Assembly: GCF_964194155.1 (NCBI RefSeq)
Contig: NC_135895.1
Span: 89,528,001-89,592,000 of the forward strand
From: Cetorhinus maximus
Lineage: Eukaryota
Direction of reading: 5' to 3'
DNA length: 64,000 nt
Positions 36,763-48,855 of this stretch are shown here, in pieces (the first letter of the stretch is position 1; each line of letters starts with the position of its first letter). Position numbers and translations under genes: made by a program. The notes under the pieces were generated by a model. That model was not told the DNA's origin. It ran no database searches and was given only the letters and a program-made list of their open reading frames with translations.

Positions 36763-37199
36763 TTCCCCCTCCCCCTCTTTCCTCTCCAAAAGCCTATCCA
36801 CAAAGCAGGCCAGGAGAAGAGGAAAACCCAGGATGAAAAGCCAAACACTTCTGACCCCCATGAAATTCCTATGAATTTCACTGAGGCCAGCTCAGAGTGT
36901 GCACCACCAGAGCCGAATGCAAGAATGCATGTTAAACTCAACTCCTTAATGTGGCCCCTGTCCCCACTCCTTCCCTGGTGATCAAGACTTGGGGCCTAGT
37001 CTGTCTCTCTAGCTCTGCTTCTTAAGCAAAAAGGCAAAAAAGATTTTATTGGTTAGCTCTGCTGCTTGGCACTTTTTAATGGTCATTTTTATTAATCACT
37101 CTGTCCTTAAATTATCAATTTATTGCTTTGACATGGATTTTTAAAAAAAATTCATGTTTAATGCTGCGCCAAACATTGTCTTTCTGAAATTTGCTCATC

Positions 37200-38030
37200 A
37201 TTTCCTTGAGTGAGAAAAAAATTGAAACGAGGTCCCTCACAAGAGAAGGCAGGACAAACCTGCATTAGCATAACGTCCATATACTCAACTGGGCAAAGAC
37301 AAATTATCAAACCTAATTAGTTGAACAATGGGACTCAGGCTAAGAATGGGAATTCCCAGGCTTGACCTAATTAGGTTGCAATTGGAATGAACGATCATGT
37401 TTAAACTACTGGTCAGTTGGAGGGGGAAAAAATTAGGAGTATCAAAATCACATGGCAAGCCAACCCTTTATATGTTTTAAGCATCTGTTTTCTGAGGAAC
37501 TGAGGACAAGCAGCTGTGAAGCTGAGAGACATCCTCTCACTCTCCAACTAACTTGCAAGCTTTTGGGCTCTGTCTGCTATTGTTTGATATTCTCTCCCTG
37601 CGCAGCATAGAGAGATTTTAAAGAAAGAACTCAACTCAATAGCTGTGTCTCCAGAAGAATAGATATATCATCATCCATCTACGGTTTTAAACCATCTCGA
37701 TGCTGAAAGACGACCACCGGATTCAAACTGAAGCCAGCTGAGTCACCAAACTACAGACTGTGAATTCATTTTTACTTATATGGACTCGAATTTGACCAAC
37801 CTGTCCATCCTGTCAATAAAGCCAACCTCTTTCTTGGTCAAACTCAAGAAAACCTATCCTATTGGTTCTTTTATGATCCCAGAGCATAAACAGATAAACA
37901 GTTAAGTACTCACTGAATTGGTCACTGAATTGTAAGTACTTCCTTTTCCAACAAACAAAAACCTGTTGCAGTTAAACAAGGAGAGGGCAAAGACGGAAGC
38001 CATTTGACCCTTCCTCACCTAGTCGTAATA
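37200..38030 (+). mobile_element. LTR-like remnant
   Basis: Ends ...CCTCACCTAGTCGTAATACA with an upstream AATAAA; organisation similar to 24850-25850. No TSD found. Confidence 0.35.
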
Positions 38031-38377
38031 CATAATATTTCGGAACATAATTTATTGGTCAACTTTACCTGTGTAAAATAAACCACATTATGCTCCACTT
38101 AAAGAACAATATTGGTTTATGTATTTACAGCGGTATACTTTCAGTATGGCCAGGCAGAGGTTAACATTAAGAAATAAACAATTGTTTGTTGTAAAGAATA
38201 ATCTTCCACCACTATGCTCTGCCAACACTGGGGAATCCATTTGTGATTTTTGGAATGGGAACAGTGGAACATTTCAATGCACTATTTGAGAGTATTGATT
38301 AGCTTCCTTAAAGTGTTCTTGCCAATTGTGTCAATATAAAGCAACTGCTCGGTGTAAAATTATGAGTAATATCATAG

Positions 38378-38940
38378 GGTCATAAGAAATAGTAGGAGTA
38401 GGCTTTTAAGCCCAGCGAGCCTGCCCCGCCATTCGATAAGATCATGGCTGATCGATTGTGGCCTTATCTCCACACTCCTGTCTATCCCCTGTAACCCTTA
38501 ACTGCCTTGTCAATCAAAAGTCTGTCTAACTCAGCCTTGAATATGTTCAATGACCCAGGCGAATGAACCTTCACTGAACTGCTTCCAATGCAGGTATATC
38601 CTTCCTTAGGTAAGGAGACCTAGCCCAGTAGTTGTAGCAAGACTTCCCTAGCTTTATACTCCATACCCCTTACAAAAAGGCAAACATTCCATTTGCCTTC
38701 CTAATTACTTGCTATACCTACATGCTAATAATTTGTGATTCATGTACAAGGGCACCCAGATCCATCTACTGCAGCACTCTGCATTCTCTCTCCATTTAAA
38801 TAATATGCTGCTTTTCTATTCTTCTTGCCAAAGTGGACAATCTCACATTTCCCCACATTATACTCCATCTGCCAGCCCTACATATCTTTACATCAGCAGC
38901 AACTTTGGCTGCAACATAGTCAGTCCCTTCATCCAAGTAT
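38378..38940 (-). mobile_element. CR1 3' fragments (internally deleted)
   Basis: CATAAGAAATAGTAGGAGTAGGC tail; reverse complement of KANGMFAF..GYGV, VHFG.KN.K and AKVAAD.K. Confidence 0.8.
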
Positions 38941-40394
38941 GAAGTGGTGTTTCACCTTCCCTCAATAGCCCACTTGCTCTTTTGAAGGTGTCAACTGTCA
39001 CTGATGTATAGACCATGGGTGCATACAGCTCACACAAATAGACCTTTTCTTCAGGTGAGCCTAGACAATGACTAAAGGATGGGTATTCAACCGTGAAGTG
39101 CATTACAGCCGAGTCTGATCCAGACTTGACCTGACATGCACACTTCACAGTAAGGGGTAAAACATCAACAAACTTAGCAAACATAAGGGGATTGAACCTG
39201 GAACCTTCTAGTATGTATGCCTTAGTACCCTTATTAATGTAATAACTCTTAAGCCATAGAAGGTACTAGGAATATTTTTTTTAATGCAGTGCTAGTGGAA
39301 TACAAAAATAACCCCAAATTAAACTGTGTTCCTCTTTTGTAATGTTTTTTTTTAAAAGCCACATTCTGATTGAACTCAGAATACTTGAGATCTGTGGTTA
39401 TTACAATGGGATAAAAGAAATATTGACGCAGTTGGCTTTATTTACAGTATTTACAGGCATGCCAATTTGACTTTCCCCAACATTTTTAAAAACAACTAAT
39501 TCTAGGAAACTGTTGCTTTCTTACCAATTCAAATAATCTTCATGATATATTTTGCATTTAGTTTTGATGAATTTGCTGTGCTTGGGTTTATCGATTATAT
39601 GTTAAGTACATTAATCTATCAGTGATTGTAGTGATTAATTATCTAGTCAAATTTTAAGAAATATGATTAAGAGGAGATTAATGTTGGTTCACTGAACAAT
39701 GGTATATATAACAGACGGGTTCACATGCCAATCTACAGTACTCTTAAACGCACAGAAACAGATTAAAATAAAGTTAACATATTCATGTTGAGGAGAGACA
39801 GTGCTGGAAAATTTTACACATTACAACAGTGATGAAGAAATTCATTAAAACATCTTTTCTGGGAAAGGATATGGACGACTGATGAGGTGAATCCTTATTG
39901 GATCACTGACATGTCAAGATTTGATCATGTGTTTCAAACAGAAGGAAAACAAGACTTTTTTTCTAAGATCTTTCTCCCTTTAGCTCTTGACAAAGACACT
40001 CTCCAGCGCCTCCTGAAGTAGCCATCTTCATAAAAACGATTAGACAACATTGATAAACTATTTAACCCTGAAGGGCACCACAGCCAAGCTTAATCGTGTA
40101 CTTGCCCAATGCACTCACTTTCCAGCAGGAACATCAAAGGTAGGAGCAGGAATCTGACTAATTTCCCTTTTCCTGAAATCCAGGAACACTGAAGCTAATT
40201 CTGGTTCCTTGACTGACAACAACTTACTTAACAAAAGCTGGAGGTTGAACCTGGCACCTTCCTGACTTCTTTACCTCAGCTCCGCACAGTGTCTTTAACA
40301 ACCTTGTCATCAGCAGAACAAGCCTTTTTGCAGTTTTGGTATATCAACAGCCGGTGAGGAACTACGATTTATTTTACAATGCTGTCAGTCATGC

Positions 40395-42005
40395 TGTCCT
40401 GAGAGGAGTTGAGTGAAAAATTGGTAGAGGTGTTAGAAATCATGAGGACTCCAGGCAGAGTAGTTGGAGAGAAGCTGTTCCCATTGGCAGAAAGGGCAAG
40501 AACCAGAGGACACCAATTTAAGGCAATTGCCAAAAGAACCAGAGGTAACGGCCTGGATTTTCATCCTTGAGGCAGGTAGTGGAGTCAGGAAAATGCTCAG
40601 CTTGGCCCACTCGCCTGGGGAGAAAGTGCCTGCAAAGGTGGAATCTTCATTGCCGCGGGGTGGGTGCAAGCTGAAGTCGGGCCAGCCCACCAGGGAAGAA
40701 GTTTGGAGGCAGCCACAGGGGCTGCTGGTTGTAGAGGCAGGCTGTTTAAAAGGCCCACCTCAGTGCAGCGGGACTTTGTCCCAGTTAAAACACTCACCCT
40801 CCAAACACTCCCCATGCCCCACTGCATGTCCCCTACCCAGCTCCCCCATGGCTCCTCATGCCTCCTGTGCAAGCTCTGCCCTGTCACCCATTCCTTAAGG
40901 CCCCACTTGCCCCCCATGCCAAGCTATGGCACTTCCATGCCCATTGGTTCTAAACAATGTATAGTGGGTCAATGAGCCCTGTAGTGACAATAGGATGTGT
41001 TTAAAAAAATCATTATGTATACTTGGCTGAGAGCCCAGACAACTATTACTCTTGTTGAAACACCTATGTCCCAGACAAAACATTGTTTGATTGACAGCTC
41101 AGGCTCTCTGATCTCTGCTGTCAATTTCACAATGTTTGTTTCCACAACGTTAAGTGTTTTCGAGGGTTTGTGGTTTTTGTTATTAATACTTTAAAGGGTC
41201 TGGATAATTGAGACTTTTATTAGCTTGTAGTGAAGTGACTTTTTTTCCCCAGCATAGGAGAAAGTTATGAATGAAGTACTCTTCAAAATGTTTTTGTTTA
41301 CATACCCTATTGTCACTACAGGATTCACTGGTTCTAGATAGCAAATAGTGGGTTAATGGACATGGAAGTGCCATAGTTTGGCACAGAGGGCATGAGGGGC
41401 AATGGAAGGTGGGTGGAAGGGCAGAGCTTGGCATAGGGGGCATGAGAAGGACCTTTTAAATTTACCTTTTAAAAGATCCCTTCATGCAGACTCGGGTTCA
41501 TGACTCCTCTAAGGGGCTGTGAACCATGACTCTTTAAAAACCTGACCCAACTCAATGAGAATTGCGGAGGAGTAGGACATGCCTATCTCTGCAATGGAAC
41601 TGGCTAGGTCAGGCATGCCGAGTGCAGGCTTTTGACAGGGCCCACATCCTTTAAATGCACTTCTGAAAATCAAACAGCCCGGGAATGGGATCCGCAATCC
41701 TGGAATCAGGACCCACCTGCCATTTTTAGAGGGCTCCCGAGTCATTCCAACTCAGTGAAAGTCCAGGCCAACATGAGTAAAATATTTTTTATGCTGTGAG
41801 TCATTAGGGTCTCGAATGCACTAAGAGTGTGATGGAGGCAGATTCAACTGATAAGCACCTGTAGAGGAAAAAAATTGCAGGGCTATGGGGAAAAGGCAGG
41901 GGAGCAGGACTAGCTGAGTAGTTCTTACAGAGAATCCGCATGGACACAATGGGCCAAAAGGCCACCTCCTGTGTTGCAACCATTCTATGATTCTATTCTA
42001 TGATT
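40395..42005 (+). mobile_element. CR1 3' end split by a MITE
   Basis: 40395-40549 and 41773-42005 rejoin to match 7815-8204; ends in (ATTCT/ATG) tail repeats. Confidence 0.85.
40550..41769. mobile_element. Harbinger-type MITE with 3-bp TSD (AAC)
   Basis: TIRs GGCCTGGATTTTCA / TGAAAGTCCAGGCC; AAC at 40547-40549 and 41770-41772. Confidence 0.9.
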
Positions 42006-45000
42006 CGAACTACAGGGACTCCTGTGGTTTATGAGAAAATGCTGTAGCACAATGTTACATTCAGGTTGAAAGATCAAAGAAAACCACAGAGTGCCAGGTT
42101 TTGGTTTTAAACTGGATTTTAAAATGGCCATCTTATGTTTCAATAATCGAAAGTGGCACTGAGTTTGCATGCACTGTTGATATGAGAAGTATTTATTGTA
42201 CTTCACATTTCAATGTAAGTGAGAAAAGAACATACAAGATAAGTCGATAAGTGGATGTGAAAAAAGTAGCTACAGCACCCGATGTGGTCCATGATGAGGT
42301 GCAGCTACTGTGCCTTTATAACAAGTAAAAATAAACCTTTCGGATAAGTGAAACAGAATATGCACTTGCCCTGTTACTCAACCAGAAAAAAGTTAACCTA
42401 GGAACCTATTTACTCAGCACTCGCTCATTTATTTTTTCTTTCTAAAATAATCTGACAACGATTGTTATAAAAAAAGTGACTTAAACATATTGATCCTGCT
42501 TAAGAGCTGTTGGTGTGTGCAATAGGATTCTTAAAATTAAACTCAAATACTATACAGGGGACTAGCAAAATATACATGAAATTATTGTCCTGTTGACAGA
42601 AGAGATTGATAGGGATTAGAAAGTTATATTCACAGTTAAAAGGCTCATTTGCAATATAAATACAGATTTCTGTAATTTGGATAAATGCGAAGTCTGGCTA
42701 ACAGGGAAGATAAATTCTGGTATAAGTTGACTCTACAACTGAGGATCAGGTGAACCTCAGAAGTAAGTTGTGCCCTTTGGGGCCTGACTTCTGATTAGTA
42801 AGATTTAGAAGTGATATTTTACACAATCTACATCCCATGGATCTAACATCCGCTCCTAACCAAACACACACTTGAGGCAAAGAATCATGCTTGTTAGACA
42901 ACAATAGCACTGAATTAGGACAAATTTAAAATGCCACCAAGATAATCTTACCTTCTATAATACCCACATTGGCTCTGGTACTGTATTGTGGCTGCATGTT
43001 TCCCTTAAAGATGAACTTGGAAGTTCTCCAATGACATTCAGGAAAGGGCGCTGCCCAATGAGGCAATGTGTCACACAGACCTAAATGTTTCATCTATGCT
43101 AGTAGAGCCGGCAAGGGTCGGGGGGCACAGTGGTGACAATCAGCTTCAAATTAGAAAGGTGAAAATAAAAATTAAATTAAATTTAGCCAGGCTCCCTACT
43201 CCCAATTGCTGTCCACACACAAGTGTGATAACGTGAAGGCATCAGGCCATGATAACTTCTCAATATCAAAAACTCAGTCACACAGCAAAATTAGGGAGAA
43301 TGGACACTCAGTTAAAGCACCGCAGACCCAACCATAGAACAGGACTCAAGAAAATAAGGGGGAAAAAAACTAGGAAAAGAAACCAAGGAAAAGGCACCAT
43401 TAAAAAGAAAATAAACTTTGAGTTGAATTAGGCCAGCACCCTAACTAAATCAATCACTGATGTATTTTTACAGGAAGAGTGCAATGTTGATCAGGCCATT
43501 AAAAATCAGAATGTCTGAAACTATCTGAATGTTTTTTTTTCCATTTAGTTCAGCAGTACTTGGTCATTTCAACTAGACAAACTGACATGTTCACATATTC
43601 CAAACAAGTTCTTTGTGCTATTGTGCCTGTGATATTTCAATCTTTCTGCAGGCAAACTCAGCCATTTCTTGGTAAGTCAAGGTTGGTAGGGATTGTAAAC
43701 CTTTTGTTATTTCAGTGAGTGAACATACGGAGCATAAGTTATAGTCAGATTCATTTAATTCAACATATCTTTGCATAAGCATACAAAAACAAAGAACACA
43801 GCACACGTCCTCACATCTCACTTGTCTTTAAAAAAACTTCTAACTGTTCCTTTAAAATGTTTGACCCTCTCACCCTTTAAAAGGCTTCTGCAATTCTCTG
43901 TTTAAAAACCCTGACAACATTCATTTGCAAAAGGCCCCTCCACTGGTGTGTTATCTGTCCTTTTATTAGAACAGGGATTAAAGAACTTTTCAACACAATG
44001 GGTGCAAGATGTGATTACCTGAAGACACTAAAAAATTGCAACCCTTTGCCATATTAACCACCTTTTGTTAAATTATGTCTTATAAACTTGCAATAACAAA
44101 CTTTGCATAAACATACTAAAATAAACTTTTTCCTCTCAGCTCCCCATCCCCAAATTTTTGTGGAAAAAGTTATCAAAAAATACCTTAGGAATGCTGAGAT
44201 TTTCATGCAAAATAAGCCTTCGCTCAATCACAAGCAGTGACTTCCTGAAAAGGTATGGCAGCATCTGATGCAGTCCAGCATTGTAGACTGGTGGAGGCCA
44301 TTGCACACATTCGTTGTGACCTCACAGGGTTTTTTTTTAACCTTTTTTTACCGTATAAAAATATTTTTGCTGCTACAGCAGTAGTACAGATTGAACCTGT
44401 GAATGGTCGTGTGTACCAGTATAGGTCACCAGCTTAGAAGTAAACATATTCTCTCTGTTCCTTCTATAAATTAAACAACCTTTTAATTTGCCATAGTCTA
44501 TCTATATATGGGTTTGCGGATATATTTCTGTAAAAATAGTTTATGACTTTCATATAGAGATCTTCTTTTGCCTTTTCAATAAATGAAATATGTTACCAGT
44601 TACTGTAAGCTCTTAAATCATTAGTGAAAATCACTAACCCATTAGTTCACTTCCCCCCATGAATTATGTTTTCTGTGGCATATGCTGTAATCTGTGGCCG
44701 GTTGGAAGCTGTGAATGAGCATAAATTTTTTTGAAAAGGCCCATTAGTGGTTGTATGCCTGATGCGTGTCCATTGCCTCCGGTAAATAAAACAAACATTA
44801 GTCATGAGTCTTTTTTTCTCTGTCTTTTTCTTCTCTTCTTCAGAAGGTGCTGATGCTGACCTAGGTAGCATTTCATGCGGTGGGGTCGGGGCTCTATATC
44901 ATATCCAAAGCCAAACCTATCCTCACCTCAAGTCCTCCCACACACACCACCACATGTACACATTGAAGAATCCTGGTAGAGATCAGCTAACTCGGAACAG

Positions 45001-45454
45001 AACAGGAATCAAAGCTAGGATCACCCTGGTTTGCATTACGATCATCCATATCAGACTGTGCATTTACCCACAAAGCCACTGAAGGAGCTATGGCTTAATT
45101 TTCAAGCACAAAATTCAGTAAATACTCCCAATAAGTTGGACGAGTCTCCTCCCCAAAAGTGCCACTAATACAAATGCCAACAGGAATTGCATAAACAGAT
45201 TAGTCTAATTATCTCCAATAGGGGCTTACAGCATATCTTCACCATCTGCTATGGTTCACCCCGTCCCCTCCTTTGAAGGTACTGGACTGGTCCATTGCTC
45301 AAATGATGAGCATGCATATCAGGTCCCAACACAGGAGTATATTTACTATAAAGCCAATCAGATGGAATAACTGCAAATGCAGAAAACACATTGTTTAGCT
45401 GAACCAAAACGTCACTCATCTCTCACACTACATATGAATCCATGGGCCGGGTGC

Positions 45455-45545
45455 ACTGTGATAGGCTTGAAATGTTAACACTGTTTTTGTCCCCACAGAT
45501 GCTACTTGACTTGCTGAGTATTTGTAGCATTTTCTGTTTTTATTG
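45455..45545 (+). mobile_element. Short Penelope-type terminal repeat, older copy
   Basis: TGAAATGTTAAC..TGTTT....CCACAGATGCT.C.TGAC.TGCTGAGT is homologous to 45620-45697. A reverse copy lies at ~50535-50580. Confidence 0.7.
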
Positions 45546-45554
45546 TCTGTTTTT

Positions 45555-45948
45555 GTGATGTTGATTGAAGTAAAGGTATTGGCCAGGACACTGGGGTTCC
45601 GAAGAAGAGTCATATTGGACTCGAAACGTTAACTCTGTTTCTCTCTCCACAGATGCTGCCAGACCTGCTGAGTTTTCCAGCACTTTCTGTTTTTAATACT
45701 GGGGATAAATCCCCTGCTCTCCTTTAAAATAGTATTGTAGGTTCTTATACATCCACCTTATTGGACAGTCATGGTCTCGATTTAATTCTTCACCCAAAAA
45801 ACAGCACCTCCAACAGTGCAGCACTCCCTCAGTGCTGCACTGGAGTGTCAGCTTTGATTTGCCTGCTCAAGTCCTGGAGTTGGACTTGAACTCTCAACCT
45901 TCAGACTCAAGAGCTGAGAGTGCTACCAACTCAGCCAGGCTGACACTT
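45555..45948 (-). mobile_element. DeuSINE (SacSINE1/AmnSINE1-like) interrupted by a ~100-bp insert
   Basis: The reverse complement has a tRNA-like head (GGCTGAGTTGGTAGCAC...GTTCAAGTCC), then GAGGGAGTGCTGCACTGTTGGAGGTGCTG and GAGCAGGGGA...GTGTCCTGGCCAATA, which are Deu-domain motifs (recalled). Confidence 0.8.
45593..45697 (+). mobile_element. Short Penelope-type repeat carrying a hammerhead-like motif (45593-45636)
   Basis: CCGAAGA-A-GAGTC[ATATTG]GACTC-GAAA-CGTT. ACTGGGG is duplicated at 45590-45596 and 45698-45704. Confidence 0.7.
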
Positions 45949-47174
45949 AAGGAAAGGTAAATCACTCCTGTTCTACTCAGTGCTGTAGGAGCTTGAAAGT
46001 GAATGTGTGGGCATTTCTGCTATCATGTGACCTCTATTTTTATTTGTGCAAAATTGCTGAAAAAAAATGTCTTGCTGCTGGAAAATGCTAAAAGCATGCC
46101 AATAATGTATTGTATTTTTTTTAAACCCTTTAGTCAGGCCTAAAATAAAACATGCATTTTATTGTGTGTAATGGAAGAAGGTGCATATATTTTATAGAGC
46201 TCTGAGAGACTGGGTGGCATGAGACTGAGATTTCCATATGCTGCAGCTGTAAAACTTCAACTGCAAAAAATTGCAGAGGAGCTTATTATATTTTATACTT
46301 GCACTGTGTGCAGTAAATTGCTTTTTCTATTGGCACAGTCAGGAGATAAATTTTCTCCCTTTGTTCTTGACATTTTACCTTCAGTGCATAGACTGCAGGG
46401 CGATAGCTGAAACCTTGCCATGGATACCATTAATGTCCCTCGTATAGAGAACAATCTGTACACTAAAGGCTTTTTATTTTAACAGAGAGTGCTGCATAGT
46501 TAAATGATGGAATAAAAAAATACCTCTTAGTGGTAATGTTTAGAGCAATTTATCACCTTCAAGTAAACAGAGTAATATTATGCTCAGGACTGTTAAATAT
46601 GTCAAGCTCAGGATAGCGAGCACAGCAGCAAAAATGGCAGTCTCAGTTATTGCTCTTTATCTCTGTAGATACAGATGAAAACACAACCAAGAGACAGACA
46701 TTTACATTTATGTCACAAAGCAGGGTGTGAGATGGGGAGTAGGAATAGAAAGTAAATTGTGTACGGATGTTGAGGGTCCTTGGTCCTTCTTCAAACAGAG
46801 AAAATTGTGATTGAAAAACTATTTGGGCAAGAGAGATCTACAGGCAATCAAAAGATACCATCCAGTGCAATATACTTCTTTGTAAAATAAACAAGTGAGT
46901 TGATCCATTTCGCCAACATGAGGGGAAATTTCAATATCTCCTAGTTTGAAAGCAGTCTAGTGAACACTTGCCTTATCTCATTACCGAGCATGAAAAATCT
47001 CAATCAAGTACCGTGTTCAATATAGGCAACCAGCTTGCATTTAAATAAAAGTCATAGTTTTCCACTGATACTGAAGCATAACAACACTGCAATATTCAGA
47101 GGGATAATTTTAATTAGAATCTGTATCAAAATATTTTGTCTTTTGTGCATCAGTGTAAAATAGATTGAACCTAG

Positions 47175-48091
47175 TGTCATGAAACTAACATTTTTTCATT
47201 ATATTATTATGGTTTATTGTACAGTAGATTTATGTGTGTGAGTGTAGATGGTTCTGTCTGTGTGGTTTAATTGAATTAGTCAGATAGACTGCAAGCTTGA
47301 AATTGTCAAAATAAGTTAGGGGTAAAAGGCATTTGAAATGCTAATGAGTAAACATGGATGAGGGCTTAGCGTGTAGGATGTGAAGGAAATTTGCATTTTA
47401 GATAAGTGAAGGAGTTGTTTAGGTTTCAAAGCAATGATAGGGTGTTTACAGCTAACAAGATAAGCAAGGCCAAGCCCTATGTTTATTTTTCCCAAAGGTA
47501 CTGATCGCATTGGCAACATTAAAGATTTTTATATTATAGGAAAAGTAAATTTCCAAAGACATACAGAACAATGGAATTTACAGGTTAAAGAGAGAGAACC
47601 ATATGTAAAGAAAATAGAAGGCTATCTTGGGGGGCTATATAAGATCTAAAAGGACTCTGTAAAACAGTCTAAAAGCTTCCAGCCACTTTTACAGAAGTCT
47701 GCTGTGTCTAATAACCAAAAGTGGAGGAAGGCCTTTGAAGTTCCACTGTCCAGTGGGTGCTTTGGTAAATTTGCTGGCTTTTTTTAAAATTTAAAATCTA
47801 TTTTGGACTGTTGCCTTAAAGGGGGTGTATAGTTGGGAGTCAGGTTAATTAGGAATTTTGGGATTTGTTATTGTATTAAGTAACTGTAATTTTATGTATG
47901 TGCTTGAATTTTTTTTGTTAATAAATATTTTAATTTAATTTTTATAATCTCTAAAGGTGTTAGGCGATTCATTACTTCTGTATTCAGTGCACAAATCTTT
48001 TCCTAATAAATACAAATTGCAAAACAGCTGTGATAGCATTTCCCTTCTGGATTTGGACCGCCTGGCACACATCAGCTGCCACGTCATAACA
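47175..48091 (+). mobile_element. Solo LTR with 5-bp TSD (CCTAG)
   Basis: Termini TGTCATGA...TCATAACA; CCTAG at 47170-47174 and 48092-48096; internal AATAAA. Confidence 0.9.
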
Positions 48092-48166
48092 CCTAGCCAC
48101 CATATCCCTGTATCAGGAAGCAGTCATTACAAATGAGAAATGTCATTCCTATAGAACTGTCTCATT

Positions 48167-48855
48167 GGGGAGAATTTTCTCCCTGTCAGGGGGGGTTGGG
48201 CAGGAGCAGGGGCGGGCGGGTGTACAGCTGATCGCCAACCGCGATCGTCTGCGCGCCGCCATTTTACGTCGGCGGGCCAATTAAGGCCCACCGAGCGTGA
48301 CATGCACCCAGAAGCGCTGAGCGCTCCCTGTACGGGCAGGGGGGAGTAGGCTGAGTCAGGGCCTGTGCGAAAGAGCACAGAAATCTCCCTGAGGCAGCTC
48401 TGTGCTGCCTCAAGGAGATTAGTATAAGTTTCAAAAAATGTAATAAAAAAAATTTTAGGACATGACCCCTCAAGTGAAAATGTCACATGAGCTGGGTCAT
48501 GTCTATGAATTTTAATGAATATCTTTATTTCGCTTATAAATCATTCATAAAACCTCATCCCGCCCATGGATGAGGTTTATGAAAAATGCGAAGGCCGCCT
48601 GGGCTCTCCTTCTGCCCACCAACCTTAAGGTTGGACGGGCAGCTATGTTAAGTGGTTTAATTAGTTGTTAAATGGCCTTAATAGGCCATTTTTGACAGTC
48701 TGGCGGGCGGGTAGCCAACTCGACTGCCCGCCCACCAAACTGAAAATCGGAATGACGTGCAGTGACATCGGGATGCACGCCTGACGTCACCGCGCATCAT
48801 TTTACGCATTGGCGAGTGGGCCCCGCCCCAGCTCGCCGAGCCGAAGATTCTGGCC
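48167..48855. mobile_element. CpG-rich Harbinger-type MITE
   Basis: Ends GGGGAGAATTTT / AAGATTCTGGCC; GC-rich subtermini and an AT-rich centre; flanks ATT/ATA. Confidence 0.75.

Noticed and set aside
39829-39909. C/D-box snoRNA-like motifs (GTGATGA ... CTGA)
   Set aside because: No convincing terminal stem and no rRNA-complementary guide that I can recognise.
43618-43821. Minus-strand 67-aa ORF as a terminal exon
   Set aside because: No recognisable homology; the plus-strand splice signals are the better explanation.
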